From the NCBI RefSeq assembly GCF_009914755.1, contig NC_060935.1: a stretch of DNA of 64,000 nucleotides; one strand, 5' to 3'. This document shows positions 1 through 17,679 of this stretch, one piece after another. Position 1 is the stretch's first letter. Each line of letters starts with the position of its first letter. The position numbers and the translations under genes are program-made. The DNA is from the human T2T-CHM13v2.0 reference genome, Homo sapiens. The notes below the pieces were generated by a model. It was given only the letters and a program-made list of their open reading frames with translations, was not told where the DNA came from and did not search any database.

Positions 1-59
1 TTTTAATAGAATTAGATTGTTTTGTCAGTCTACTTTCCATCCAGAGATTCTGTATCTTC

Positions 60-1540
60 ATTATAATTTTTAAATTTGCATACATTAAGGCTCATGCTTT
101 GCTCTGTAAAATTCTATGGCTTCTGAAAAATGCACAGTTTCATGTATTCATAACTACATTATCATATGAAATATTTTCTCTGCCCTGAAAACTCCTCTTT
201 GCTTCACCTATTAAACATTTTCCCTCCTCAATCTCTATTGTTTTATCTTTTTCAGAATGTATAATTGGAATCTTAATGATATGTAGCTTTTTCAGACTGG
301 CTTCTTTAACTTAGCAATATGCATATAAAATTCATCCATTTTTTGTAGTTTTTTTTGGTGGCTCCTTTCTTTTTACCACTGAATAATTTTTCATTGCATG
401 TATGTACCATAATATGTTTATCCTTCTACTAAAGAAATTTTGGTTGCTAGAGTTTTTACTATTAGGACCAAAAATGCTATAAACATGCAGGTTTTTTTGT
501 TGACTTAAGTTTCTAAATAAATCGGGTAAATACCTAGGCATATGATTGCTAGATATTATGGTAAAACTATGTTTGGCTTATAAGAAATTGCCAAACTGTC
601 TTTCAAAACGGTTCTATCATTTTGAATTTTCACCAGCAACGAATGAGAATTCTTGTTGCTCCACATCATTACCAGCAATTGGTTTTGTTAGTTTTTTAGA
701 TTTTAGGCATTTCAGTAGGTGGGTAGTGGTATCTCGTTGTTTTAATTCGCAACTCTAATGTCAAATTATGTTGGGCATCTTTCCATATGCTTATTTACCA
801 TTTTATATCTTTTGTGAGATGTCTTTCAGATCTTTTAGATATTTCACCTGCTCTTTAATTACTCTGTGTGTTTATTGTGGAGTTTTAAGAGTTCTTTGTG
901 TATTTTGGATACATTTGTTAGATGTGTTTAGCAAATATTTTCTCCCAGTCACTGGCCTTTCTTTTCCTTCTCATTACATTGCACTTCACAGAGCAGAAAT
1001 TTTTCATTTTAGTGGAACCCAACTTATCAATTATTTCTTTTATATATTGTGCTTTTTGTATTACATGTAAAAATCGTCAATAGTTCTAGTTACATAGATT
1101 TGTTCCTATGTTTTCTTCTAGAATTTTAATAGTTTTCCATTTTATATTTAGTGTTAGGATCCATTTTGAGATCATTTTTGTTAAAGGTGTAAATTATTTG
1201 TCTAGGTTTGTTTTATTATATTGTTTGCATATGGATGACAATTGTTTCAGTCCCATTTACAAGAGTCTTCCAACCTAGGATTATGGGATATCTTTCCCTT
1301 TCCTTAGGTTTTCTATGATTTTTTTGTATTAGTGTTTTGTAATTTTCAGTACATTGGTCCTGTATTTGGTTATATTTATACCTAAGTATGACATATTTTT
1401 AGGTGCTATTGTAAATGATGATTTTAAATAATTTTTTAAATTATAGTTGTTTACTGCTGGCATATAAGAAAGCAGAAGATTATTATGTGTTAATTTTGTA
1501 TCCTAAAACCTGTTATACTCATGTGTTAGGTTTGTGCCAC
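60..1540 (-). mobile_element. Old L1M (L1MC/L1MD-type) 3' ORF2/3'UTR fragment
   Basis: Diverged antisense L1 motifs, e.g. GGGTAAATACCTAGG...ATTGCTAGAT, AAATTGCCAAACTGTCTTTCAAAA, GTAGTGGTATCTCGTTGTTTTAATT. Confidence 0.8.
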
Positions 1541-1849
1541 TCATTTATTTTTTTTTTCACATGTGGGATAAGGTGGCAAAAGAGGGAAATGAGGAGAGAA
1601 ACAGGTGGTGACTGTCTGTAGCTCACACCTTCAAAAGGAGGTAATCCCATTATAGAGGTCCGGGCTCTGTGACCTGAATCAGTCCTCAGTTGGCAATTCA
1701 ACACAAGTGTTCCCCCAAATTAATGTTCTTTATACTGAAATTGGATCTTAAGATCCCTGGAACTCTTGCAGGACAAGTAGTCAATGTGGGCCTATCGAGA
1801 AGGTAATTTATTGATATGCAGTCAAATATGGGTTTATTAGAGCCAATAG

Positions 1850-2470
1850 GCTGTGCTAATAGATTGAGTGTGAATTATATGACACAGGAGAGGAACTGAT
1901 AATTAATAGCATAATTTACTAAAATTTGGAACACAGGACAAGGAAATTAAGTTTTGGATATATGGAATTTGAGATGCCTTTAGAAACGAAATGTAAATGC
2001 TATGTAAATATTTCTTTTATTTTAGTCTAAAATTCAGATGATAGGTCAAGGTAGGAGATTTACATTTGCTATGCAACTATAGGTGGTATTAAAAGCCACG
2101 ATTGAATGGGATCATCTGGAGATAAAATAGAGATAGAAAACTGACAGGGTTCGACAGGGTTCGAGAACCAAGCTCTGGGCCATCTCAAATTTAGAGATCA
2201 GGAAGAGGTGGAGTTTCCTACACAGGACACTGAGAAGGAGTGCCCAGTGAGGAGGGAAACAATAACAACAAGTATGGTGGTCTCTTGATAGCAGATGAAA
2301 TAAGCATTTTAAGTAAGAAGGAATAACCAGTGGTTAGACATAACGTGTAGGATGAATTTGCAAACAACATCTTCAGTGGAACAATAGAGTAAAACCTGGA
2401 TTGAGTATAAGGAGAAAATGGTAGGAGACAAAGTAAATCTATGAAGTATAAATGTTAAGAGTAATGATGG
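1850..2470 (-). mobile_element. L2 fragment
   Basis: Purine-rich antisense L2 pattern (TTTGAGATGCC, GAGAAGGAGTGCCCAGTGAGG). Confidence 0.65.
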
Positions 2471-3541
2471 TGAGTAAGACAGACACATTCTAAAAATATA
2501 TAATTAAATAATTATTTAAATATCTGTAATAAAATATACAATTAAATACCTGTAACACATGTATCCAAGTATAGAATGTACTCAATGCAAACACATAAAA
2601 TAAATATATACATATAAAATATATGTCAACCATTAAAGATAGATGATATAAAATCATATACAAGCAACACATATGAGAATTAGAAGTATCTATGACACAT
2701 ATATTTGAAAATGCATAATTTTAATAACCTAAAAAGTTAAACATTCAAAGAAATTTCAACATTCCAGCTTTACTTTACAGTAAAATAAGAACACAAACTT
2801 TTTATTGAAAAAGACCTCATGCTAACCCCAGAAATCTATACCTATCCAACAATCTCAAAATGTTTTAATAACATTTATAATTAAGGGACTGGTCTTTATT
2901 GCTTCTTTTCATTTTTAATGTCATACACGTCTTGAATCAGAAAAGCATGAGTGTATAATTTCTCATCTTTTTTTTCCACTCTGAAGTACAGGAGAGGAGA
3001 AATTATTAATGAGCTCCTGTCCTGCATTGAATTTTACTTTTGGGTTATTGCTGTGTGATCACAATCAAGTTATTTGAACCAAAGGAAGAGCTACACTTTT
3101 CTTCTAGAAGTTTAAATTCTCAAAAACCAAATAAAGAAAATTTAAAACTCATTTACCACTTCATAGTGAGATATTTTTCAGGCTTAAAAATAAACCACTG
3201 AGAAAACTGCTCTGTAAAATATTTCTATTTCTTTTCATTTTTTATTTGATACATGATTTTTTAATTTGTGAAAGTTAGAAATTTTGGATACATGCACTAA
3301 TTAATGACATTAGATCATTCCTATTCTGGCTTAGATCCTTAAAAATCTTCACTTTTCTTTGGTCTTTTAAAACATTTTCACTAGCTTCCAATTTAATAGA
3401 GCAAGTGGTATATTTCTATTGATTAGAAAGTCATTGATTGATAAAATATTGTGAGTTCTGTTTTTCACTTGTAATTAAACAATACCATAGATCTCTTATT
3501 CATTGTATATTGATGATCCCTAACTTAGTACCAAACCTTAC

Positions 3542-3806
3542 CTGACACACCATTAACAATATTTATTCTTCTTTACATCATGTATAGATTACTTTTTCTC
3601 ACAGCTGGGATCTTGTTGATTTCCCTAGAGACGTTACAATGGTTTCTAGATTGTAAGCCATTTTTTCATGAAAAGCAAGGGCTCACAACTGCAGTAACTC
3701 AGACCAATATGCTGTATTTTCAGTGGAAGATCTATAGCAATACATGTGAGATGAATTGAAGTGATAGATCAACTCTTATAGCTGATTACTTCCCGGGATG
3801 TGGTAT
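3542..3806 (-). pseudogene. Candidate decayed exon (5' boundary may extend to about 3943)
   Basis: Donor CAG|GTAAGG (GT at 3541-3540), acceptor TTTCAG. The end reads AFHEKMAYNLETIVTSLGKSTRSQL*EKVIYT*CKEE*ILLMVCQ. Confidence 0.4.
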
Positions 3807-4150
3807 CTGAAACTTTGTTACTCATGTCCAGTTTCAGGGACTTAAAACTTAGCTCTTTTGTCCTATTTTGAGGGCCCAGCAGTGGGGTATTTTGCAATTT
3901 GCAAATCATTTCCATTTACCTTGAATCATTTGCAGTGTACATGTTAGACAGAAAAAAATGTATAAATATTAGTTTAGGCTCTTACAGCCCTGGTCATAAT
4001 CCTTATGGTTATAAATCAAAACTCAGAAATCTCTATTGAGAATTATCCTTACATATCAAATAGAAATAAATATTTGATATATTTCTAACATTGACATAAG
4101 AGAACAATAGTTCACATATTGAATATTTGTAGTTTCAGCAAAGTAAAATC

Positions 4151-5043
4151 TTTTTTTTTTTAAATACATTCCTTTCTATTATTCTCTTCTTGCCTAATTT
4201 TACTAAATGATCAGTGCCTTAAGTAGCAAGATGATACAGGTAATCATAAAAACAGAATGGGTTCATATCATTGCTTTTTCTCTGGTCTGAATTTTTTTTT
4301 CTTTTTTTATTTTATTTTATTATTATTATACTTTAAGTTTTAGGGTACATGTGCACAATGTGCAGGTTAGTTACATATGTATACATGTGCCATGCTGGTG
4401 TGCTGCACCCATTAACTCGTCAATTAGCATTAGGTATATCTCCTAATGCTATCCCTCCCTCCTCCCCCAACCCCACAACAGTCCCCAGAGTGTGATGTTC
4501 CCCTTCCTGTGTCCGTGTGTTCTCATTCTTCAATTCCCACCTATGGGTGAGAATATGTGGTGTTTGGTTTTTTGTTCTTGCGATAGTTTACTGAGAATGA
4601 TGATTTCCAATTTCATCCATGTCCCTACAAAGGACATGAACTCATCATTTTTTATGGCTGCATAGTATTCCATGGTGTATATGCGCCACATTTTCTTAAT
4701 CCAGTCTATCATTGTTGGACATTTGGGTTGGTTCCAAGTCTTTGCTATTGTGAATAGTGCCGCAATAAACATTCGTGTGCATGTGTCTTTATAGCAGCAT
4801 GATTTATAGTCCTTTGGGTATATACCCCGTAATGGGATGTCTGCCTCAAATGGTATTTCTAGTTCTAGATCCCTGAGGAATCGCCACACTGACTTCCACA
4901 ATGGTTGAACTAGTTTACAGTCCCACCAACAGTGTAAAAGTGTTCCTATTTCTCCACATCCTCTCCAGCACCTGTTGTTTGCTAACTTTTTAATGATTGC
5001 CATTCTAACTGGTGTGAGATGGTATCTCATTGTGGTTTTGATT
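4151..5043 (-). mobile_element. 5'-truncated L1PA3-type element with about 130 bp 3' transduction
   Basis: L1 ORF2 C-terminus (ORF 4530-5030) and 3'UTR, own poly(T) at about 4292, second poly(T) at 4151-4161. TSD CAGCAAAGTAAAATCTTT at 4136-4153 and 5044-5061. Confidence 0.93.
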
Positions 5044-7688
5044 CAGCAAAGTAAAATCTTTAAACGTGAGATAAAAATTTAGCCTTATCATGAGCCATTC
5101 CCTTGAATTTTATGTTGGTCCAGCTGAATTACTATACTACCACTTGAAGTTAATTCATTGGTAAACATAACTATCTTAGAGAATAATTTTTAGAAATCCA
5201 TGTCTTAGAATCATATGTAAGACAATATTTTTGACATAGAATAAAAAAAGGCGTTCTTTGGGAATTTCTACTACATTATGTGTCATGATATGTGATATGT
5301 TACTCATGTTATTGAATTTAATAATTGCTACATATGGAATCAGGCTCTGGAAATACAAAATTGATTAATACCTGCTTCTTGCACCTAAAGAGCTGAGCAT
5401 CTATTGAATGGAGAAGGCAAACTAGCAAATTACTAATTATACAGCATTAGGAACATGTTCAAAGAAATTTGAGAAATATGCTAAGGAAGTCTAAAGAAGT
5501 GGGAAAGTAACCCTGAGTAGAGGAATTTGGAAAATTCTCCAGATAGGGTGAAGTTTGAATCAAATTCCACTCCCCTACCCCATCACAAACATTAAATTTC
5601 TTCAGAGAATCAACTACTTCATATCTAAAGAATGTAAAATGCCAAAATTCACATTACAAAGTTCCTTAATTTGGTGACTGTAAAAGGATGTTCACTGTGT
5701 GGGAGCATTGCCAGAAAACAAATGACTATAGAGTAGCTCCCTTGGAAAATTTATGGCTTCTTTGAAGCCACATTTTTAAGGCATTTTATCTTGCCAACTT
5801 CTTTTTTCCCATGTTAACAATTTCTATTGTTTAGAAGAACTATTTCGGGTGCAAAATTGCACTTAGTCATGGCTGCATAGTCAGTAAACTCTTGAGGCTT
5901 ACTTCTTTAATTTACTTTCTATTATTAGCTGGGCCAGTTATAGTGCAGGCATTTTTAGAACCACCTGGAATAGAATATGTCCAATGTGACATTACTCTTT
6001 CGAATGAGCAGTAGTTTTGATTAGAACATTTTTTTTCCTCTGAAAATATCCCACAATCTTAGTAGTAGTGTAGCACTAATGATAAAATTCTGCTTTTAAG
6101 ATCTGTTTACATGAGTTTTTTCTCACTCACAGTGAATAGAAACAACAGAATAAACTTTCTTTTTCCAAATAAAGTTAATGAGAATGAAAATGTGCCTTCA
6201 GAGGATTTCTGAATCACAAATAAATGAACAAAATCCCAATCAAGCAATGTTAGTGATTAGCTTTGTGCACTCACTGTCTCTTGGAGGAAAATAGAAGGAA
6301 GCTGATTATATTTTGAATGACCTATATTGAGCTACCTAGTTGCCCACAGTGTCATAACCCCACTGCAGGAAAGTTCATGGTGTCAAGAGAATTTAATTGC
6401 CTCTTTTGAATGGATTGGCTTGCAGTTTCCAAACAGAAATAAAGTGGGAGGAAAAGGTGAATATAGGAGCTAAAACCTGATTATTAATTTCAAACTGCTA
6501 AATTCCTGTTAAGTGTCTTTTCTTCTTTCAACTGATTTTATAATGGTTCACAATTTTCCTGTGTATGACTAGTAATTCTGCTTTGCTCTCCTAATTTAAA
6601 CAGTATCATTTGACATTTTGGGGTTATCTAATAATGGAGTCAGCCAGGCAATCAGCTTTAGTATTATGGATTTCATGAGTGAAAGGAAAAAAAAATCTTA
6701 AAAGACAGGCTGGCTTGGTTTAATTTCATTGGATATTAGCATTTCTCAAAAGCAAAGAAGTATTAGTGATGGAAAGTAGGTTAAAACATTGCTGGCTTGC
6801 TAATAAGGAAAATATATATATATTTTTCAAAAATGACAAGTTATTGAATGAAACTTCAACATATGCAAAGTACCAAAATTATTTGCTTTTATGAGTCTCT
6901 TGATTTCTGAGTAATAGATTCGTTAGGGGATGAGAGAAGCATAAAAATGATTATAGATCTTACAAAGACTGATTAGTAAAAGAGTAAATAGCAGCAGAGT
7001 TAAAAGGGGAGAAAAAGGAGGTGGTATTGTTATTCTCTTTGGGGAAGGAAAAGGAAGGAGAGAAAGTGAGCCTAAGCACAGTTTAAGTGGGTAATAGGGC
7101 ATGTTCAGAAGTGCTGTGCAGTGGCATTTAATGAAATTCTAAACTCTGTATTCTCTCATTAAGTTGATTCATGGAGTCAGTAATAGGGGAATAACTGGCA
7201 AGTGCGGCCTCCTGTGAAAATGACCACATGTTCCACATCCATCAGTTAACATCTGATAAAAGGGCCTAGGTAATGCAATCTCTTACAGTTAATTCCTCAC
7301 TCTTTTTGCTCTTATTTACTCTGAGCATCTTTGTGAGCTTGGCACCTGCTTGCTACCCTCATCACCTGGGTATGTGATACATAAATATAGATGTTCCTCC
7401 TAAAAGAGCCAAAAGTTTTTCGTTATTTTATCATCTATTTTCATGGACTCAAAACTGAATGTAAGCTCTAATGATACAGGGAAAGATGAGATACCACCTT
7501 TCCTCTGGTGTGATTGAACTGCTGGTAAATTAGTGGTAGAAGAAAACTAATAAACTGAGAAAAAATACACTTATTTTATGTAGTATAATTTTTGCTTAAT
7601 TAATAACTGAAATAAGAAATTTAATGAAGATAGTATTTCGCTTCTGAAATTAAAAGTTTTTAAAGCCACCTTTTATTAGTTGACTTAC

Positions 7689-7875
7689 CTATTTTCATCT
7701 AATAATACCTAAATGGCACCATCCCCAGGAAATTACAAATTTATATGGCCAAGAGCTTTTCAGTGAAGTAACCATGAATCCTAATCTCCTCTTTTTCTTG
7801 AACTTAGAAAGAGATTAAATACCCATTCAGTTAACTGATTTATTTCCCTTCTTCAAGGCTGCACAAAGGAGCTAT
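7689..7875 (-). pseudogene. Candidate decayed exon (187 nt)
   Basis: Acceptor CATTTTCTTCTTCAG, donor TAG|GTAAGT. Reads SSFVQP*RREINQLTEWVFNLFLSSRKRGD*DSWLLH*KALGHINL*FPGDGAI*VLLDEN. Confidence 0.55.
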
Positions 7876-8409
7876 CTGAAGAAGAAAATGTAATAACCCA
7901 AGGTCCCTGTCTAAAAGAATTTGGGGATTTATTAGATTGAGCAGAAAGGATTTTTCCTTTCATCCAATGAACTTTTCTTATTTCTTGTGGCTGTTCGTTA
8001 TTCTTATGTATGGGATAAAGCTATGCATAACCTTAAAATGCAGACAACTATTTTGAGGAATATTATTCTGATATAATTCATAAACAGTGGAATTCCTTGG
8101 GAATATTTTTATGAGCTTTTTTGACAATAAGGGATTTGGACGTATATTATCAGGAGGAATATAGCAGCATAAAAATGTAGAGATTTAGATTTGTGTGAAG
8201 CTCTTGTTTTGGAATGGTCAAAAACAGTGAGGAAGGGAACAAAGCAAATGGAATCCCCCTAGTGTCAGAGATACATATTCTCATATGCACTCCCACATCA
8301 GGATGGTGTGGAGAGGAAGGCTAAAGTCTAGGAGGACAAAAGACAGGACACTAAGGACAAAAGACAGGTAACAGAATAGTTGATAGTTTTACATCAAACA
8401 AAATCTTTA

Positions 8410-8790
8410 TTTGTTAACTGTGGCTATGCTGCCCTTAACCTCACAGCTTAAACAAAAACCTTTAAATCTCAGTTTCTGTGGGTCAGGAATTTGGGAATGA
8501 AATAGTTCAAAGGCTTTAGCTCAGGGTTTCTTATGAAATTGTAGTCAAGATGTCAGGTGAGGCTGCAGTTACGTAGACTTTACTGGGGCCGCACTAGCCA
8601 CTTCCATGGTGGCTCACTCACATACCTGGCAAGATAATGCTGGTTGTTTTGAAGAAGTCATAGTTCTTTGCCATATGGGCCTCTCCTTCAGGCTGCTTGA
8701 GTGTCTTGCAGACATGGCAGCTGGCTTCCTCCAGAGCAATTGATTTAAGAAACAAGCAAAGCAGATGTCACAATGTCTAAGTCTTATTTT
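8410..8790 (-). mobile_element. MLT1-family MaLR LTR
   Basis: CAGTTTCTGTGGGTCAGGAATTTGGG...GGCTGCTTGAGTGTC...CATGGCAGCTGGCTTCC motifs. Confidence 0.75.
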
Positions 8791-9243
8791 TGAATCTGAG
8801 CGCTAATCAAGCTGCTTTTTAAATTTAAGAATTAGGATCTGCTTACTGGTAGGGGCAAAGAACAAATCTGTGCCATAGTGAGCAAATAGGAGAGAAAACT
8901 TTCTTCAAATCATTAAGTCTGTGTCTAAATATTAAACACTCACTTCTCCTCTTATGCTACTATATAAACTTACCTCCACATTATCTACTTAAAGGAAAAT
9001 CAGTGGCATATGTAATCCAAAATCAATTAAAAATACATTATATATTGTATGGGAGGGCGGGGAGTAATTGCTATTTTAATTATGTCTGGCCAAATTGCAA
9101 TTAGTTTTTGTTCCCTGAGAACACACCTGTTAAGAGAAGGCACAAATGAGTCAGTCAGGATATGGGAAGATAAACTGAATTTTCGAAGTTTCTTTAAAAA
9201 AAATCTACAAAGATTTTAATTTCTATATAGTAGTTAAACTTAC

Positions 9244-9389
9244 ATCTTCTCTGTTTGTGATTAACTTGTAGGAAGAATTTTAATAGACTATAAATGGTTT
9301 TATATCTTTATGCTTTTTCTATAATGTTGATAATTTGATTCAGCATAGGATAATTTTGAGTCACAGTGTTAGAATATTAGAAAATGAAG
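9244..9389 (-). pseudogene. Candidate decayed exon
   Basis: Donor GAT|GTAAGT. Reads TVTQNYPMLNQIINIIEKA*RYKTIYSLLKFFLQVNHKQRR and ends in phase 1, matching the 7875 exon. Acceptor uncertain. Confidence 0.4.
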
Positions 9390-9950
9390 CTGGTAAACTG
9401 TGATTCGAGAAGGGAGATAAACAAAAGGCAAAGTATGAGTAAAGGTTTTGGAAATGACATTTCTAGATGAGACAAAAGAAGATGAGGGAAAGTCAAGATG
9501 CCCTTTAGAACTACAATCCTGTGTCTGTTAGGTGGGAGGGAGCTAAGCTGTGCCTAGAGATTGGCTGATCTGTGCTTTGTTTCAATATATGTTTATGGGG
9601 AGCAGTTAGGATCTTGGAGTTAAAAACTCAGAAAAGCATTGTGCATTTGAATGGAGGCTCATTTATTAATTTCACTCATTTAACCTTTATTTAGGGGACA
9701 TCTATTTTTAGATTTTTTAGACTATTTTCAGACTCTCACAACCTTATTAACTGTAACAGAGTAAAACCAATTTACAAAATCATCTTGCTCTTTTTAAAAG
9801 TGCAGATAAGAGACGACAAATACAAACTAATTGTACATTACTAACCAGTACTAGATAAGATAGTATAATATAAATGTTTTCTTTATAATGAGTATTGACT
9901 TTCTTTTAGTTTTATGAAAATAAAATGTATTTATGAGGCTCCCATACTAA

Positions 9951-10232
9951 CACTTCTGATCCTATTCCTTCAATTCTATTTTTCCTATAGGGTCTTCAGT
10001 GTAAGTTATTCTACACAAGGTTTTCAGGAGCACTGGCATATGGGCACTTTTGAGCAAGTGATTCCTCTATAAAGATTTCTTTTTCTGCTACTTTGTCAAA
10101 TTTATCTCTGAATATAAACAAATCCCATTCTGAAATCTCGGGTTAAGATACTGAGTACACTCTATGTGAGCCCAGGCTAGGTACCTCTTTTTTGTTTGTT
10201 GGCAATGCATTTGTGGAGATTTCAGGATATTT
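9951..10232 (-). pseudogene. Candidate decayed exon next to the L1 insertion site
   Basis: Reads YPEISTNALPTNKKEVPSLGSHRVYSVS*PEISEWDLFIFRDKFDKVAEKKSL*RNHLLKSAHMPVLLKTLCRITYTEDPIGKIELKE. Splice sites are degenerate. Confidence 0.35.
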
Positions 10233-10242
10233 TGAAAAGTCA

Positions 10243-14570
<4,328 letters not shown>

Positions 14571-14752
14571 GAAAAGTCAGAAAGCACATGTGTTTACAAT
14601 GATGAGGGTGTGGAGGTTAGTGCTGATACCCCTATTGAAAGTCAACTCTTTTCTTTCTTTTTCTTTATTTAATTATCTCAAAAATTAAAAAAATGAGAAC
14701 GTTATAGTTTGAAAACTGTCATCCTCCTTTTCATTCCATCTCAAATACTCAC

Positions 14753-14803
14753 TTGTGGTGGAGCAATGTATGAGTCTCCATGAGACCATGCCTCATCTGC
14801 TTT

Positions 14804-14847
<44 letters not shown>

Positions 14848-14854
14848 TCCCTCT

Positions 14855-14885
<31 letters not shown>

Positions 14886-15039
14886 ACTTCCCCTTCCTCT
14901 CCCTCCCTCCCTCTGTGACTTATTATAGTATGGCAAAGGTAAATTGTCAATTTAACGGATTTCATTATTATATTTGCTACTTCTTCTTGGGCAAGTGTAA
15001 TCAAAAAAGTACCTTGGTCATTGAATTTTTTAAAGCCAT
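14753..15039 (-). pseudogene. Candidate decayed exon containing an expanded GA microsatellite
   Basis: Donor CAA|GTGAGT, acceptor apparently mutated (TTTAA). Reads GFKKFNDQGTFLITLAQEEVANIIMKSVKLTIYLCHTIISHR[GA repeat]RKADEAWSHGDSYIAPPQ. Confidence 0.5.
14808..14913. repeat. (CT)n/(CCCT)n polypyrimidine microsatellite
   Basis: Directly visible. Confidence 0.95.
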
Positions 15040-15386
15040 TTAAATGTAGAAAACATTTTAATGATTTAAAGTGCATTAAGCTATTTTTTTAAATGTTTGT
15101 GCCCTTAGGTCAAATGCTTAAAAGCCAATCGTTATGCATTTAGTCAATATATAATTTGTTTTACACTCTATAGGAAAGAGAGAATTAGACTTATCTGGGG
15201 AAAGAGAATTGGACCATTTTATGAAAATCTTAGGAAGGATAATATATACATTTTATACAATTTGTAAGTATATTTTAAATCATATAGAAAATTGGGCAAG
15301 AGAGTAAATACAAATAGTGAATCATATATTAGAAACCAGTTTAATAAATTTACAAATTAATTTCTAATTTCCCAAAGATAAATGAC

Positions 15387-17674
15387 TGATGAGGTTCGGC
15401 TCTGTGTCCCCACCCAAATCTCATCTTGTAGCTCCCATAATTCCCACGTTGTGGGAGAGACCTGGTGGGAGATAATTGAGTCAAGGTGGTAGGTCTTTCC
15501 CATGATGTTCTTGTGAGATAATGAATAAGTCTCACAAGATCTGATGCTTTTAAAAATGGGAGTTTCCCTGCACAAGCTCTCTGCCTTTACCTGATGCAGT
15601 CCACATAAGATGTGACTTGATCCTCCTTGCCTTCTATCATGATTGTGAGGCCTCCACAGCCATGTAGAACTGTAAGTCCATTAAACCTCTTTCTTTTGTA
15701 AATTGTCCAGTCTCAGGTATGTCTTTATCAGCTGTGTGAAAACGGACTAATACAGTACATTGGTACCAATAGAGTGGGACACTGCTGAAAAGATACCCGA
15801 AAATGTGGAAATGACTTTGGAACTGGGTGAGAGGCAGAGAACAGTTTGGAGGGCTCAGAAGAAGACAGGAAAATGTGGGAAAGTTTGGAGCTGCCTAGAG
15901 ACTTGTTGAATGGCTTTGACCAAAATGCTGATAATGATATGGACAGTGAAATCCAGGCTGAGAATGGAGATGAGGAACTTGTTGGGAACTGGAGTAAAGG
16001 TGACTCTTGTTATGTTTTAGCAAAAAGACTGGTGGTGTTTTCCCCCTGCTGTAGGGATGTGTAAAATTTTGAAATTGAGAGAGATGGTTTAGGATATCTC
16101 GTGGAAGAAATTTCTAAGCAGCAAAGCATTCACTGGGTGCTGTTGAAAGCATTCAGTTTTATAAGGGTAGCAGAGCATAAAAGTTTGGAAAATTTGCAGC
16201 CTGACAATGTCATAGAAAAGAAAATCCTGTTTTCTGAGGAGAAGTTCAAGTGGGCTGCAGAAATTTTCATACATAACAAGTAGCTGAACGTAAATCTCCA
16301 AGACAATGGGGAAAATGTCTCCTGGGCATGCCAGTGGTCTTTGCGGCAACCCCTCCCATCACAGGTCTGGAGGCCTAGGAGGAAAACTGGTTTCATGGGC
16401 TGGGCCCAACATCTCTGTTCTTTGTGCAGCATAGAAAACTTGGTTGCCTGTGTCCCAGATGCTCCAGCCAAGGCTGAAAGGGGCCAACGTAGAGCTCAGG
16501 CTGTGGCTTCAGAGGGTGCACACCCCAAGCCTTGGCAGCTTCCACATGGTGTTGAGCCTGTGAGTGCACAGAAGTCAAGCACTGGGGTTTGGTAACCTCT
16601 GCCTAGATTTCAGAAGATCAATGGAAGCACCTGGATGCCCAGGCAGAAGTTTGCTGCAGGGGCGGGGCTCTCATGGAGAACCTATGCTAGGGCAGTTCAG
16701 AAGGAAAATATGGGGTCAGAGCCCCCACACAGAGTCCCTACTGGGGGACCACCTAATGGAGCTGTGAGAAGAGAGCCACCATCCTCCAGACCCCAAAATG
16801 GTAGATCTACTGACAGCTTGTGCTCTGTGCCTGCAAAAGCCACAGACACTCAATGCCACACGTGAAGGCAGCCAGGAGGGAGGCTGCACCCTGCAAAGCC
16901 ACAGAGGTGGAGCTGCCCAAGGCCATGGGAGCCCACCTATGGCATCAGCATGAACTGGATGTGATACATGGAGGCAAAGGAGATTGTTTTGGAGCTTCAA
17001 GATTTGACTGCCGCGCTGGATTTCAGACTTGCATGGGGCCTTTAGCCCCTTTGTTTTGGACAATTTCTCCAATTTGGAATGGCTGTATTTACCCGGTGCC
17101 TGTACCCCCGTTGTATCCAGGAAGTAGCTAACTTGCTTTTGATTTTACAGGCTCAAATGGGGAAGGACTTGCCTTGTTTCAGATGAGATGTTGGACTGTG
17201 GACTCTCAAGTAAATGCTGAAATGAGTTAAGACTTTGGAGGACTGTTAAGAATGCATGATTGGTTTTGAAATGTGAGGGCATGAGATTTGGGAGGGACCA
17301 GGGGTGGGATGATATGGTTTGGTACTGTGTCTCCACCCAAATCTCATATTGTAGCTCCCATAATTCCCACATGTTGTGGGAGGGACCCAGTGGGGGATAA
17401 CTGAATCATAGGGGTGATTCTTTCCTGTGCTGTTCTCATGATAGTGAATAAGTCTCATGAGATCTGATGTTTTTAACAATGGGAGTTTCCCTGCACAAAC
17501 TCTCTCTCTTTGCCTGCCACCATCCACGTAAGATGTGACTTGCCCTCCTTGCCTTCCACCATGATTGTGAGGTTTCTCCAGCCATGTAGAACTGTAAATC
17601 CATTAAACCTCTTTCTTTTGTAAATTACTCAGTCTTGGGTATGTCTATCAGCAGCATGAAAACGAACTAACAAA
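15387..17674 (+). mobile_element. Full-length THE1 (THE1A-like) MaLR provirus: LTR 15387-15754, internal region, LTR 17310-17674
   Basis: Two homologous LTRs (TGAT...ACTAATACA), THE1-int sequence, 5-bp TSD ATGAC at 15382-15386 and 17675-17679. Confidence 0.95.
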
Positions 17675-17679
17675 ATGAC

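Noticed and set aside
15846-17527. Cluster of ORFs on both strands
   Set aside because: All lie within THE1 internal or LTR sequence.
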